Part shown: piece by piece, positions 25,890 through 39,074 of the stretch
Layout: every line of letters begins with the position of its first letter
How positions within the stretch are numbered: the first letter of the stretch is position 1
NCBI RefSeq assembly: GCF_963921235.1
Contig: NC_086108.1
Span: 1,922,001 to 1,986,000, forward strand
Source of the DNA: Mobula hypostoma
Taxonomy: Eukaryota
DNA: 64,000 nt
Direction of reading: 5' to 3'
Notes under the pieces: model-generated
Told to the model about the DNA's origin: nothing
Seen by the model: only the letters and a program-made list of their open reading frames with translations
The model's database searches: none
Translations under genes and position numbers: made by a program

Positions 25890-26508
25890 ATTCGAGTACA
25901 GGAGCAGGGAGGTACTACTGCAGTTGTACAAGGCCTTGGTGAGACCACACCTGGAGTATTGTGTGCAGTTTTGGTCCCCTAATCTGAGGAAAGACATCTT
26001 TGCCATAGAGGGAGTACAAAGAAGGTTCACCAGATTGATTCCTGGGATGGCAGGACTTTCATATGAAGAAAGACTGGATGAACTGGGCTTGTACTCGTTG
26101 GAATTTAGAAGATTGAGGGGGGATCTGATTGAAACGTATAAGATCCTAAAGGGATTGGACAGGCTAGATGCAGGAAGATTGTTCCCGATGTTGGGGAGGT
26201 CTAGAACGAGGGGTCACAGTTTGAGGATAGAGGGGAAGCCTTTTAGGACCGAGGTTAGGAAAAACTTCTTCACACAGAGAGTGGTGAATCTGTGGAATTC
26301 TCTGCCACAGCAAACTGTTGAGGCCAGTTCATTAGCTATGTTTAAAAGGAAGTTAGATATGGCCCTTGTGGCTACAGGGGTCAGGGGGTATGGAGGGAAG
26401 GCTGGGTTCTGAGTTGGATGATCAGCCATGATCATAATAAATGGCGGTGCAGGCTCGAAGGGCCGAATGGCCTACTCCTGCACCTATTTTCTATGTTTCT
26501 ATGTTTCT
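25890..26508 (+). mobile_element. 5'-truncated CR1, same young family as 13335-16347
   Basis: ORF 25924-26412 is nearly identical to the C-terminus of the 13-16 kb element; (TTTCTATG)n tail. Confidence 0.92.
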
Positions 26509-28797
26509 AAATGTGCAGGAAGCTGCAGATCGTAGTGGACTGAGCTCAGTACCTCCCTCCCCACTCAGTGGTATCTTAAGCAGGAGCTGCCTCCATCATA
26601 TCTTCTTGCAGCTCTGGAGGTAGAGGCCCAAAAGTTGAGGTTGTAAGTCTGGGCCAGAGATGGGAGGTTGGAGACCGGATGTTTGTGAGGTTGAAAGTCC
26701 AAGGCCAAGGGCTAGAGGCCCTGAGGCAGCCTGTCTGTGTGTGTCACGGGACACAGACAAGTGGGTCACAGTCAGGAGGGGAAAGGGGAAGAGTCAAGTA
26801 CCAGAGAGTACCCCTGTGGCTGTCCCTCTTAACAATAAGTACTCCTGTTTGAGTACTGTTGGGGGGGGACAGCCTACCTGGGGGAAGCAACAGTGGCCGT
26901 GCCTCTGCCACAGAGTCTGGCCCTGTGGCTCAGAAGGGTAAGGAAAGGAAGAGGATGGCAGCAATGATAGGGGACTCTATAGTTAGGGGGTCAGACAGGC
27001 GATTCTGTGGACGCAGGAAAGAAACTCGGATGGTAGTTTGCCTCCCAGGTGCCAGGGTCTGGAATGTCTCAGATCGCGTCCAAGATATCCTGCAGTGGGA
27101 GGGAGAACAGCCAGAGGTAATGGTACATATTGGTTCCAATGACATAGGTAGGAAAAGGGAAGGAGGTCCTGAAAACAGACTACAGGGAGTTAGGAAAGAA
27201 GCTGAGAACCAGAACCACAAGGGTAGTAATCTCGGGATTACTGCCTGTGCCATGTGACAGTGAGAGTAGGAATAGAGTGAGGTGGAGGATAAATGCGTGG
27301 CTGAGGGATTGGAGCAGGGGGCAGGGATTCAGATTTCTGGTTCATTGGGACCTCTTTTGATGGATTGCACTTGAATCCCAGAGAGACCAAGATCCTGGCG
27401 GGAAGGTTTGCTAAGGCTACTGGGGAGAGTTTAAACTAGAATTGCTGGGGGGTGGGAACCGAACTGAAGAGACGGAGGAAGAGGCGGTTGGCTCACAAAT
27501 AGAGAAAGCTTGGAGACAGTGTGAGAGGGAGAATAGGCAGGTGATAGAGAAGGGTCGCGCTCAGACTGAAGGTTTGAGATGTGTCTATTTTAACGCAAGG
27601 AATGTTAAAGCGGATGAGCTTAGTATTTGGATCAGTATTTGGAGATATGATGTGGTGGCCATTACAGAGACTTGGATGTCTCAGAGGCAGGGATGGTTAC
27701 TTCAAGTGCCAGGTTTTAGATGTTTCAGAAAGGACAGGGAGGGAGGCAAAAGAGGTGGGGGTGTGGCACTGTTGATCAGAGATAGTGTCATGGCTGCAGA
27801 AAAGGTGGACACCATGGAGGGATTGTCTACGGAGTCTCTGTGGATGGAGGTTAGGAACAGGAAGGGGTCAATAACTTTACTGGGTGTTTTTTTATAGACC
27901 ACCCGATAGTAACAGGGATATCGAGGAGCAGATAGGGAAACAGATCCTGGAAAGGAGTAATAATAACAGGGATGTTGCGGTGGGAGATTTTAATTTCCCA
28001 AATATGGATTGGCATCTCCCTAGAGCAAGGGTTTTAGGATGGGGTGGAGTTTGTTAGGTGTGTTCAGGAAGGTTTCCTGACACAATATGTAGATAAGCCT
28101 ACAAGAGGAGAGGCTGTGCTTGATCTGGTATTGGGAAATGAACATGGTCAGGTGTCAGATCTCTCAGTGGGAGAGCATTTTGGAGATAGTGATCACAATT
28201 CTATCTCCTTTACGATAGCATTGGAGAGAGATAGGAACAGACAAGTTAGAAAAGCGTTTAATTGCAGTAAGGGGAATTATGAGGCTATCAGGCAGGAAAT
28301 TGGAGGCTTAAATTGGAAACAGATGTTCTCAGGGAAAAGTACAGAAGAAATGTGGCAAATATTCAGAGGATATTTGTGTGGAGTTCTGCATAGGTACGTT
28401 CCAATGAGACAGGGAAGTTATGGTAGGGTACAGGAACCGTGGTGTACAAAGGCTGTAATAAATCTAGTCAAGAAGAAAAGAAAAGCTTACAAAAGGTTCA
28501 GAGAGCTAGGTGATGTTAGAGATCAAGGAGATTATAAGGCTAACAGGAAGGAGCTCAAGAAGGAAATTAGGAGAGCCAGAAGGGTCCATGGGAAGGACTT
28601 GGCAGGCAGGATTAAGGAAAACCCCAAGGCATTCTACAATTATGTGAAGAGCAAGAGGATGGCTGGAGTGGCTGAGTTGGCTTGACTGGAAGCTGGCTGT
28701 GTTTTGCTTGATGCCTGAATGTGGTTCGGAACCTGTTGAGGGAAAGAGAGTGGGGAAGGAACGGAAATTGCTGGGAGGGGGTCGTGTGGGTCCGGTA

Positions 28798-30021
28798 ATG
28801 GCGGACAAGATAAGAGGCGGGGTTGAGGGAAAGAAAGTGGAGAAGGAGAGGGATAGAGACTTGGGACCAGAGGTAGGCAGCTGGGGAGAGGTGGATTATT
28901 GTGAAGGGAGAAATAAAGGGAATGAGGAGGTAGTGAGGGGTCGGATGAATAAAAACCAAGACAAAGGGAATAAAAGAATAAGAAATGATAGTGGAGAAAG
29001 CTCTGAAAGTGAGGAAGATGAACAAGCTCAGAGAGGAGGTGTTGTCATAATTAGGTTTAATGAGAAGGCTCAGGGACATATGAAGAAAATTAACCCGTTT
29101 GTGCTAACAACAACTCTGACAAATAAGATAGGGGAAATAGTATTTGCAAAAGTCCTTAATGATGGCAACTTGTTGGTAAGATGTGCGAATGAGGAACAAC
29201 TTGAGAAAGCACTCAAGCTAAAAGAGATAGGAAAATGCAAGGTGGAATACACTGGGAGGGTGGGAGCACAAAACAGTGGTTGTAAAGAAGTGATTACAGG
29301 GATACCAATGAGTATAAATATGGAGGAGATAAAGAGGAATATCAAAGGAGGGAAAGTAATGAATGTTCAAAGACTGAAAACAACAAAGGAGGGAGTGAAA
29401 AAGGAAAGTGAATCTGTATTGATTGAAATTGAAGAAGAAAGAGTGCCAAGGAAGGTGTTCCTGGGTTTCATAAGTTACCCAGTAAGGGTGTATGTGCCAA
29501 AGCCACTGAGGTGCTATAATTGTCAAAGGTTTGGACACGTGGCTAAAAACTGTAAAAGGCAGAGGAGATGTGCTAGATGTGGGGGTGATCATGAATATGG
29601 AAAGTGCGGAACAGGAGTTCAACCAAAATGCTGCAATTGTGGAGGAGCTCATAATGTGGCATATAGTGGGTGTGAGGTTGTGAGACGGGAGACTAAAATT
29701 CAAGAAATAAGAGTGAAAAGAAAGATCACTTATGCAGAAGCTGTAAGAATGTCAAGAGAACAGAATAATGTTCCTAATGAACAGGGAGCAATAGGGATAC
29801 GAGAGATGCAACAAAGAACAAATGACAGGATTCATGTAGACAAAAAGGCTCTAGTAACATTCATTGCAGGAGTGATTAATAGTACTGCTGAGGTAAAGTC
29901 AAAAAGTGACAAAATTCAGCTGGTGTTAAAAGCAGCAGTAAACCATTTAGGGTTAGTAGGACTGACATGGGAGGAAGTGAGGGAGAACCTCAGTAATCAG
30001 TCAAGCCAGGAAGTGTCATGA
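28798..30021 (+). CDS. LINE ORF1p, gag-like protein with three zinc knuckles (open frame)
   Basis: PLRCYNCQRFGHVAKNC, CARCGGDH...C, CCNCGGAH...C; ATG at 28798; the stop overlaps the ORF2 ATG (ATGA at 30018). Confidence 0.85.
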   Translation: MADKIRGGVEGKKVEKERDRDLGPEVGSWGEVDYCEGRNKGNEEVVRGRMNKNQDKGNKRIRNDSGESSESEEDEQAQRGGVVIIRFNEKAQGHMKKINPFVLTTTLTNKIGEIVFAKVLNDGNLLVRCANEEQLEKALKLKEIGKCKVEYTGRVGAQNSGCKEVITGIPMSINMEEIKRNIKGGKVMNVQRLKTTKEGVKKESESVLIEIEEERVPRKVFLGFISYPVRVYVPKPLRCYNCQRFGHVAKNCKRQRRCARCGGDHEYGKCGTGVQPKCCNCGGAHNVAYSGCEVVRRETKIQEIRVKRKITYAEAVRMSREQNNVPNEQGAIGIREMQQRTNDRIHVDKKALVTFIAGVINSTAEVKSKSDKIQLVLKAAVNHLGLVGLTWEEVRENLSNQSSQEVS

Positions 30022-33000
30022 GTTGGTTAATACTAATTATGGTGATTCTTTTACAATGGAATGCAGGGAGCTTACTGGCCAATAGCCAGGAATTCAAGCA
30101 CTTTATTAAAGAAATGGTTGTAAAACCGGATGTAGTGTGTATTCAGGAAACTTGGTTGAAACCAACTTTAGACTTTGTGGTATATGGGTATATAATGATA
30201 AGGAAAGATAGAAATCTAGGGGGAGGAGGGGGTTGTGCTATGTTAATCAAGCAAGGTATACCATATAGGGTACTGGAAAAAGGAGATGATCAGGAATACA
30301 TAGTGGTGGAAGTGTGGGAGAGAGGGGAGGGAGTGGTTATAATTAACTACTACAATCCTTGTAAAAGGTTGGATTTGGACAGCCTATTAAAGATACAAGG
30401 ACAAAACAGACATAAAGTAGTGTGGTGTGCAGATTTCAATGCTCATAGCACAATATGGGGGGATCAGATTACAGATCCAAATGGGAAGGTAATTGAAGAT
30501 TTGATGGAAGAAAGGAATTTGGTGTGTATGAATGATGGTAGCGGCACAAGGATAGATATAACCACAGGAACAGAGTCAGTGTTAGATATTACGTTAGTGT
30601 CTAATACCTTGGCTGGCATTAGTAACTGGGGAGTTTGGACTGCTTCAACAGTAGGCAGTGATCACTACCCAGTTTTGTGTTCAGTGGGTGAAAGAGTTGA
30701 AGTAAGACCAGGTGGCAGAACCCCAAAGTGGGTGTTTGGAAAAGCAGATTGGGGTAAGTTCCAGAAGTTGAGTGAAGAAGGGTTGACAGAGATTGATATT
30801 TCTGGAAAGGTAGATGAGAGGATGGGAGGAGATAGAAGGGAATGGGAATATCCAGTAATGATATCTGAGGAGGAAACTGCAGTCTCCAGTAGGGATAAGG
30901 CTGAGGTCATGGCCAAGTCATTTGTACTGATACACAGTTCAGAAAATTTGTCTGAAGAAGGGAGAAGAAGAAGGGAAAGAATAATGAGCCAACACCCACG
31001 TGTGTTAAGCAGGAGGGAAGGAACAGATGATATAATTGATGATCCATTTACGTTGGCAGAAATGGTGAGAGCAATAAAGAGATCGAGACCAACCTCCCCA
31101 GGGAAAGATCTGATATGCTCTATGATGCTAAAAAATCTAGGAGAAGGAGCACTCCTGAAGTTGCTGCATTTTTATAACAGAGTGTGGGAGGAGGGAAGAT
31201 TACCAAGTGCATGGAAAGAAGCAGTAGTAATTCCAATAAGGAAGCCTGGCAAGGATCTGTCAAAACCCACTAGCTACAGACCAATTGCATTAACATCAAG
31301 TATATGTAAGATAATGGAAAGGATGATAACAGAAAGGTTATCATATGAGCTTGAGAAAAGGGGAATGCTGGCAAGTTATCAGAGTGGTTTTAGAAAGGGA
31401 AGGAATTCCATGGACTCAGCGATTATGTTAGAGACTGAAATAAGGAAGGCCCAGGCAAATAGAGAGTCAGTAGTGGCAGTGTTCTTTGACATTGAAAAAG
31501 CCTATGATATGATGTAGAAGGAAGGATTATTAATTAAACTGCACAAGATGGGGGTTGGTGGGAGAGTTTTTAATTGGATTAAAGATTTTTTGTTTGGTAG
31601 AAAAATTCAAGTTCGGATTGGATCAGAATTATCAAAACAGTACATAGTGGAAAATGGCACACCTCAAGGTAGTGTGATTAGCCTGTTACTTTTCATCATT
31701 ATGATCAATGATGTCTTCACAAAGGTACCAGTGGATATAGGTAGGTCACTGTTTGCGGATAATGGGGCCTTGTGGAAAAGAGGCAGGAACATGGACCATA
31801 TAATCAGGGAACTACAAGAAGCAATTGATGAAGTGGTGGAGTGGGGTTATGATTGGGGATGTAGATTTTCAGTAGACAAAACTCAAACTGTATTTTTTAC
31901 CAGGAAGAGGGTTGAGGTAGGGAAGAAGTTAAGGATGTATGGGGTTGAATTAGAAAGGGTTGCATCATTTAAATTTCTGGGAGTTATATTAGATTCACGA
32001 TTAACATGGGCAGACCATATCAGGAAAGTTGAGGAGAAATGTAAAAAAGTAATAAATGTGATGAGATGTTTGACTGGTAGGGAATGGGGAGCAAGTTGTT
32101 CAGCTTTGAAGAGAATGTATGTGGCTTTAGTAAGATCTGTATTGGATTATGGAAATATAGTATATGGATCAGCAGCTAGGTCTCTTATAAGGAAGCTGGA
32201 TGTGATTCAGGCTCAGGCCTTGAGAGTGTGCAGTGGGGCTTTTAAAACGTCACCAGTGTCAGCCCTACAGGTAGAAATGGGAATAATGCCTTTGGAACTA
32301 AGAAGGATGCAACTGATGGCAAACTACTGGGTTAACTTGCAGGGGCACAATGATTCTCACCCTACTAAAGGAGTGTTGCAGGAGTGCTGGGAAAATGGAA
32401 GGTTTCAGAGGGATACCTTTAGTCTGGTAGGGAATGATATTGCGAAAGAATGTGGAGTATTTGATCTGAGGATAAGTCCTTCAGTAGTTTACCCAGTTGT
32501 AGCTCCATGGAAGCTTGTATGGCCTGACATAGACTGGCATTTGTTAGAGGTAAAAAGGAAAGAAAGATATAAAACAGATTTGGTAAATGCATTTAACTGT
32601 CATGTGATGGAAAAGTATAGTGATTATACTCACATTTATACGGATGGTGCGAAGGAACCTGAAACAGGAGTGATAGGGTTTGGGGTGGTAATACCAGCAA
32701 AAGAAATTGGAATCAGCAGAAGAACATCTAATAAGTTAGGGGTGTTTACAGTGGAGATGCTGGCGGTGTTGGTTGCGTTGCAATGGGTGCAGAAAGCCAG
32801 ACAGCCAAAGCATTGATATGTTCAGATTCATCCTCAGTTCTAGCAAGTTTAAGGTCTTTTCACACAAACAGTCGGCAAGATGTACTTTATGAAGTCCTTC
32901 AGTTAGTTACAAGAATTGCAAATCAGGGAGGTCAGGTAAAATTTCTATGGGTTCCAGCACATGTAGGGGTGAAGGGGAATGAGAGGGTGGATGAGTTGGC

Positions 33001-33487
33001 AAAGAGGGCGTTAAAGAAAGAAAATGTGGAAATGCACATTAGTATCAGTAAAGCAGAGGTTAAGTGTGTAATCTGGGAAAAAGTCAACCGAATGTGGCAA
33101 GAAAGATGGGACGGGAAGGGGAAAGGGAGGCATTTATATCAAATACAAAAGAGTGTTGCAGTTACTAGGGTAGGTAATGGATACAGAAGAGAGGAAACTG
33201 TGTGGACTAGGTTAAGGCTGGGGCACTGTGCATTAAACAAAACATTGAAAATGATAGAGAAACACCAGACAGGATTGTGTGAGGAATGTCAGGAAGAGGA
33301 GTCAGTAGAACATGTAGTTCTGAGTTGCAGGAAGTATGGGATACAGAGAGAGATGATGAGAAATAAATTAAGGGAGTTGGGGATGCAGGAATTCACATTA
33401 AAAGGGTTGCTGGGCATGGGTGAGAGAGCACAAGTCCAGGTATTTTTAGCGTTTTTAAGGGGTACAGGGGTTTTTTATAGAATATGA
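30018..33487 (+). pseudogene. LINE ORF2 (APE-RT-RNase H-Cys motif), disrupted
   Basis: LQWN, IQETW, ADFNAH, GSDH; YRPIALTS, GTPQGSVIS, FADN; IYTDGAK, SDS, WVPAHVGVKGNERVDELAK; RLRLGH..CEEC..H..C. In-frame TAG at 31515 and a frameshift near 32800. Confidence 0.9.
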
Positions 33488-34725
33488 CGAATAAACAGGA
33501 ATAGGATACTAGGATGGTCAAAGATGGGAGGGTGAAGTGTAGGTTTGTGTGTGTGTGTGTGTGATTGGGTGAAGGGATTTAGAATGTATGTCTAGTGCAC
33601 ATTCTGGAGCAGAGGGTGGCGGTAATGCACCATTAAGCTGGATGTCAACCGCCGTAAAACAAGATACAGACAGACAGACAGAGCAAGAGGATAAGATGTG
33701 AAAGAATAGAACCTACCAAGTGTGACGGTGGGAAAGTGTGTATGGAACCGGAGGAGATAGCGGAGGTACTTAATGAATACTTTGCTTCAGTATTCACTAT
33801 GGAAAAGGATCTTGGTGATTGTAGTGATGACTTGCAGCAGACTGAAAAGCTTGAGCATATAGACATTAAGAAAGAGGATGTGCTGGAGCTTTTGGAAAGC
33901 ATCAAGTTGGATAAATCACCGGGACCGGATGGGATGTACCCCAGGCTACTGTGGGAGGTGAGGGAGGAGATTGCTGAGCCTCTGGTGATGATCGTTGCAT
34001 CATCAATGGGGACGGGAGAGGTTGCGGATGTTGTTCCTTTATTCAAGAAAGGGAGTAGAGATAGCCCAGGAAATTATAGACTAGTGAGTCTTACCTCAAT
34101 GGTTGGTAAGTTGATGGAGAAGATCCTGAGAGGCAGGATTTATCAACATTTGGAGAGGCATAATATGATCAGGAATAGTCAGCATGGCGTTGTCAAAGGC
34201 AGGTTGTGCCTTACGAGCCTGATTGAATTTTTTGAGGATGTGACTAAACACGTTGATGAAGGTAGAGTAGCAGATGTAGTGTATATGGATTTCAGCAACG
34301 CATTTGACAAGGTACCCCATGCAAGGCTTATTGAGAAAGTAAGGAGGCATGGGATCCAAGGGGACATTGCTTTGTGGATCCAGAACTGACTTGCCCACAG
34401 AAGGCAAAGAGTAGTTGTAGATGGGTCATATTCTGCATGGAGGTCGGTGACCAGTGGTGTGCCTCAGGGATCTGTTCTGGGACCCTTACTCTTCGTGATT
34501 TTTATAAATGACCTGGATGAGGAAGTGGAGGGATGGGTTAGTAAGTTTGCTGATGACAGAAAGGTTGGGGGTGTTGTGGATAGTGTGGAGGGCTGTCAGA
34601 GGTTACAGCAGGGCATTGATAGGATGCAAAACTGGGCTGAGAAGTGGTAGATGGAGTTCAACCCAGATAAGTGTGAGGTGGTTCATTTTGGTAGGTCAAA
34701 TATGATGGCTGAATATAGTATTAAT

Positions 34726-35407
34726 TTAGATTAGATTTAGATTATGAGGACACTCAGTCCTCGTTTATTGTCATTTAGAAATGCATGCATTAAAAAATGA
34801 TACAATGTTCCTCCGGTATGACATCACAGAAACGCAAGACAGACCAAGACTAAAACTGACAAAACCACATAATTATAACCTATAGTTACAACCGTGCAAA
34901 GCAATACCGTAATTTGATAAGAGCAGACCATGGGCACGGTAAAAAAAAGTCTCAAGGTCCTGATAGCCCCAACATCTCACGCTGATGGTAGAAGGGAGAA
35001 ACTGTCCCTGCCATGAACCTCCAGCTGCAAGCTTGCCGATGCAGCATCCTGGAAGCACCTGACCACAGTCTGACTCTGAGTCCGTCCAAAAACTTCGAGC
35101 CTCCGACCAGCCCTCTGACACCGAGCACCGAGCACCATCTCTGCCGAGCGCTTTGACCCCGGCCCCGGCCACGAATCAACTGACAAAGCCAAAGATTCAG
35201 GGCCTTCCCTCCAGAGATTTCGGATCACACATTAGCAGCGGCAGCGAAGCGGGCATTTCAGAAGTTTCACCAGATGTTCCTCCATGCTTTCACGTCTGTC
35301 TCCATCAAATCAGGATTGTGCACAGCACCCTACTTGACAGATTACAGATATTCATCACCGGAGAGGCCGCGCGCGCTGTGTCGTGCCGCCATCTTCTCCT
35401 CCTCCGG
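34726..35407 (-). mobile_element. Non-autonomous ~680-bp retroelement inserted in CR1
   Basis: The CR1 sequence resumes at 35408. The minus strand begins near GAAGATGGCGGC and ends with AATAAA plus an (AATCT)n-like tail; no coding homology seen. Confidence 0.55.
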
Positions 35408-36284
35408 AGACTGTTGGCAGTGTGGAGGATCAGAGGAATCTTGGGGTCCGAGTCCATAGGACACTCAAAGCAGCTGCGCAGGTTGACTCTGTGGTTAAAA
35501 AGCATACGGTGTATTGGCCTTCATCAGTCGTGGAATTGAATTTAGGAGCTGAGAGGTAATGTTGCAGCTATATAGGACCCTGGTCAGATCCCACTTGGAG
35601 TACTGTGCTCAGTTCTGGTCGCCTCACTACGGGAAGGATGTGGAAACCATAGAAAGGGTGCAGAGGAGATTTACAAGGATGTTGCCTGGATTGGGGAGCA
35701 TGCCTTATGAGAATAGGTTGAGTGAACTCAGCCTTTTCTCCTTGGAGCGACAGAGGATGAGAGGTGACCTGATAGAGGTGTATAAGATGATGAGAGGCAT
35801 TGATCATGTGGATAGTCAGAGGCTTTTTCCCAGGTCTGAAATGGTTGCCACAAGAGGACACAGGTTTAAGGTGCTGGGGAGTAGGTACAGAGGAGATGTC
35901 AGGGGTAAGTTTTTTACTCAGAGTGGTGAGTGTGTGGAATGGGCTGCCGGTGATGGTGGTGGAGGTGGATACAATAGGGTCTTTTAAGAGACATTTAGAT
36001 AGGTACATGGAGCTTAGTAAAATAGAGGGCTATAGGTAAGCCTAGTAATTTCTAAGGTGGGGGCATGTTCGGCACAGCTTTGTGGGCAAAGGGCCTGTAT
36101 TGTGCTGTAGGCTTTCTATGTTTCTATGTGTGTGAGGGGTGGATAAGGAGGTTCTGTTTATCTATCTATCTATTTATTTATTTATCATTTAGTGAGATAC
36201 AGTGTAGAATAGGCCCTTCTGGCCGTTCATGCCTTGCCACCCAGCAAATGCCCTGTTTAATCATAGCCAAGTCACAGGATGATT

Positions 36285-36538
36285 GGGTACAGAGAAGACG
36301 TCAGGGGTAAGATTTTTACTCAGAGAGTGGTGAGTGTGTGGAATGGGCTGCCGATGACGGTGGTGGAGGCGGATACAATAGGGTCTTTTAAGAGACTCCT
36401 GGACAGGTATATGAAGATCAGTAAAATAGACGGCTATGGGTAACCCTAGGTAATTTCTCAGGTAAGGACATGTTCAGCACAGCATTGTGGGCCGAAGGGC
36501 CTGTATTGTGCTGTAGGATTTCTGTGTTTCTGTTTCTG
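36285..36538 (+). mobile_element. Short CR1 3' end inserted in an HE1-like SINE
   Basis: Closely matches 35884-36126; SINE halves at about 36170-36280 and 36541-36720. Confidence 0.75.
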
Positions 36539-38254
36539 TGATCTACAATGATCAATTAACCTACCTACTGTAGGCAGTTTAATTGATCATTGTAGATCAT
36601 CTTTGGACTGTGGGAGGAAACCCACGCGATCACAGGGAGAACGTACAAACTCCTTACAGGCAGTAGTGGGAATTGAACCCTGGTTGCCTGCGCTGTAAAG
36701 TGTTGTGCTGACCACTGCGCCTTTTGCTGGTGTTATCGTGTTCTGTTCTGTTGTCCTGAAGTTGTTAATGCTTGTATTGTTGTGTGTCGAATGTTGTGGG
36801 TATGCTACATTGGTACCTGAAAGTGTGGCTGCCCCCAGCGCATCCTTGGTTGTGTAGATTGTTAAAGTAAACAATTTATTTCATTATATATTTTGACGTA
36901 CGCATGATAAATAACTAACTCCGAGTCCAAATCTAAATTCCTTTGGACTGGACGTACAGTAACGTGAAGCCCCACACCATCAGGTTCAAGACCAGCTACT
37001 TCTCTCCAGCCATTCAGTTCATGAACCAACCTGCACAACCCTAATCTCTGCACTTTACTAACACTATAATCACTTAGCACTCAAATGAACTTTCTTTTCT
37101 TTTCCTAATTGTGTTCTTCCTTGGAAAAACTGTCTACAATTTATGTTTCATTTTTGTTTTCCTTGTGACAGTGGCTTATCTGATGCTATGTACCGATGAT
37201 ACTGCTGCAATTAAGCTTTTCATTGCGCTTGACCGTAGACGTCCCTGTGCTTATTACGATAAACTCGACCTTGGCTTTGACTTTGCTTGTTCTGCTGAGT
37301 TCTTCCAGCAGATTGTTTGTTACTGTACATGACATGCTGCCTGTGGTCCCTGCTTACTTATTGCCAGTAAAGACACAGATATCTACACTGGGGATCCTCA
37401 GCAAGTGTTTGGTTGTGAGCTGGTGTTTTCGCCACGTAGAAAGGAAATGCTTTTATAAATAAACCTGTGGTCAGTTCACTTGTCTGGACTGGTTTCTCTT
37501 AACTGTGAGGGGATCACAGAGCCTTTCTCAGTAAATTTTTAAAGTTTAAAGATTAGCTTCTAGTTGTCACGTGTAAGTTATGGGTGTTGGGGTGGAGATA
37601 CATCTCTACCAAAGGAGGTATAAGGAGCTCTTCTCTCCACTAACCTGCAGGTCACCCTCGGGCGAGGTGTAGCACCTGATTAGGGCCCTCCCCCCACCTA
37701 CCCCGATCAGGGTCACGTGAAGCCATGGGAGCAGATGGTGGATGGTCGTATGAGCAGCTGGTACATATGACAAGTCCTGGTTATGTGACCATGGACGCCA
37801 GGCAGACAATCTCTGAAGAGTATTGATAATGGCTGGGGTCACTCTCTTGTAAAGACACTGCCCAGAAGAAGGCAATGGCAAATCACTTCTGTAGAAAAAT
37901 TTTTCAAGAACAATCATGGTCATGGAAAGACCATGATCACCCATGTCATACAACATGGCATGTAATGATGATGTCATACGACATGGCACATAATGATGAT
38001 TACATCGAAACAGTAAAACATACAGTGAAATGTGTTGTTTGTGTCAACTATCAACACTGTCGTAGGATGTGCTAACCTATGGGCAAAGGGAGTCGACAAG
38101 CCAGGTAGGTGTCAAACCTACAACCTTCTGATCCATAATAAGACATGTTACACTGACAATGAAGATTTTGCTTCCTGAATACTTTTGTGTGTATCTTATA
38201 AAATCACCATGAGATTTCACTATCACACACCATTTTTTGAAATCACCTATGTTT

Positions 38255-38900
38255 GTTATTTCAATTCATAATTCAAGTCAGAATAACTGATGCCAAGATT
38301 AAGGCAGGCATTTTTATTGGTCCACAAATCAAACAGGTCATTAATGACAGGCAATTTGAAGAACTTCTTGTGGGACTGGAGAAAATCACATGGAAGGCAT
38401 TCAAGGATGTTGTTGAACATTTTCTTGGCAGCTACAGAGCACCAAACTACGTGCAGCTGACAACATGCTTCAAGCACACAAAACCATGAAGTGCAACATG
38501 TCACTAAAGATTCATTTTCTGAATTCCAATTTAGACTTCTTCCCTGCAAATCTTGGCGTTGTCAGTGACGAGCACGGTGAAAGGTTTCACCAGGACATTG
38601 CGGTCATGGAGAAACGGTCTCAGGGCAACTGGAATCCATCAGTGCTGGCTGATTATTGTTGGACACTTAAACAAGAAGCCTCAGACACTGAGTACAAATG
38701 AAAATCATCAACAAAACATTGTTAGCTGAGTTGACTATTGCAAAGCGTCAGCACTGTTATGCAATTAAACACATTATATTCAATAAAAGTTAATTTCTTG
38801 TTTCTCCAAAACTCCTATGTGATACAAGTAGTCTGAAATTATATTTGTGTTCAGCTTCAAGCAGTCTATCATAAACAAAAAATAATTTCAAGGAACCAAC
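38255..38900 (+). mobile_element. Chapaev3-like (CMC) DNA transposase C-terminal fragment
   Basis: AKIKAGIFIGPQIK...WKAFKDVVEHFLG and MSLKIHFLNSNLDFFPANLGVVSDEHGERFHQDIAVMEKR..GNW...LADYCW, split by a frameshift near 38460. Confidence 0.7.
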
Positions 38901-39074
38901 GTTAGTGTCCCTCACCAGGGAAACCCCCCCTCAATCGGGCCATCCTAATTGGGTGGCACACAATCCTCCAATCTCTTATCTTCAACAGTAACCCAATCAA
39001 GCAGCTTGCAGAGAACAGCACAAACGATCACACACGGAACAGCATAACAGTAAAAAAAAAAGAACCAGAACATT

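Larger units (their letters stand above)
28661..33679 (+). mobile_element. Full-length Nimb/I-group LINE with RNase H, nested in CR1
   Basis: 13-bp TSD AGAGCAAGAGGAT (28648-28660, 33680-33692); (CAGA)n tail; 3' motif GGTGGCGGTAATGCACC...CAACCGCC; two ORFs. Confidence 0.9.
26744..36126 (+). mobile_element. Near full-length degenerate CR1 LINE (ORF1 SGNH esterase-like + ORF2), split by two insertions
   Basis: ORF1 motifs IGDSIVRG, CLPGA, VHIGSND, GLHLN (26744-27440); ORF2 pieces 27575-28660, 33693-34725, 35408-36040; possible TSD TGTGTGTG at 26736-26743 and 36127-36134. Confidence 0.9.

Noticed and set aside
37600..37960. Segment also present inverted at about 5690-5870
   Set aside because: Dispersed repeat of unidentified family; too diverged and distant to indicate a specific structure.
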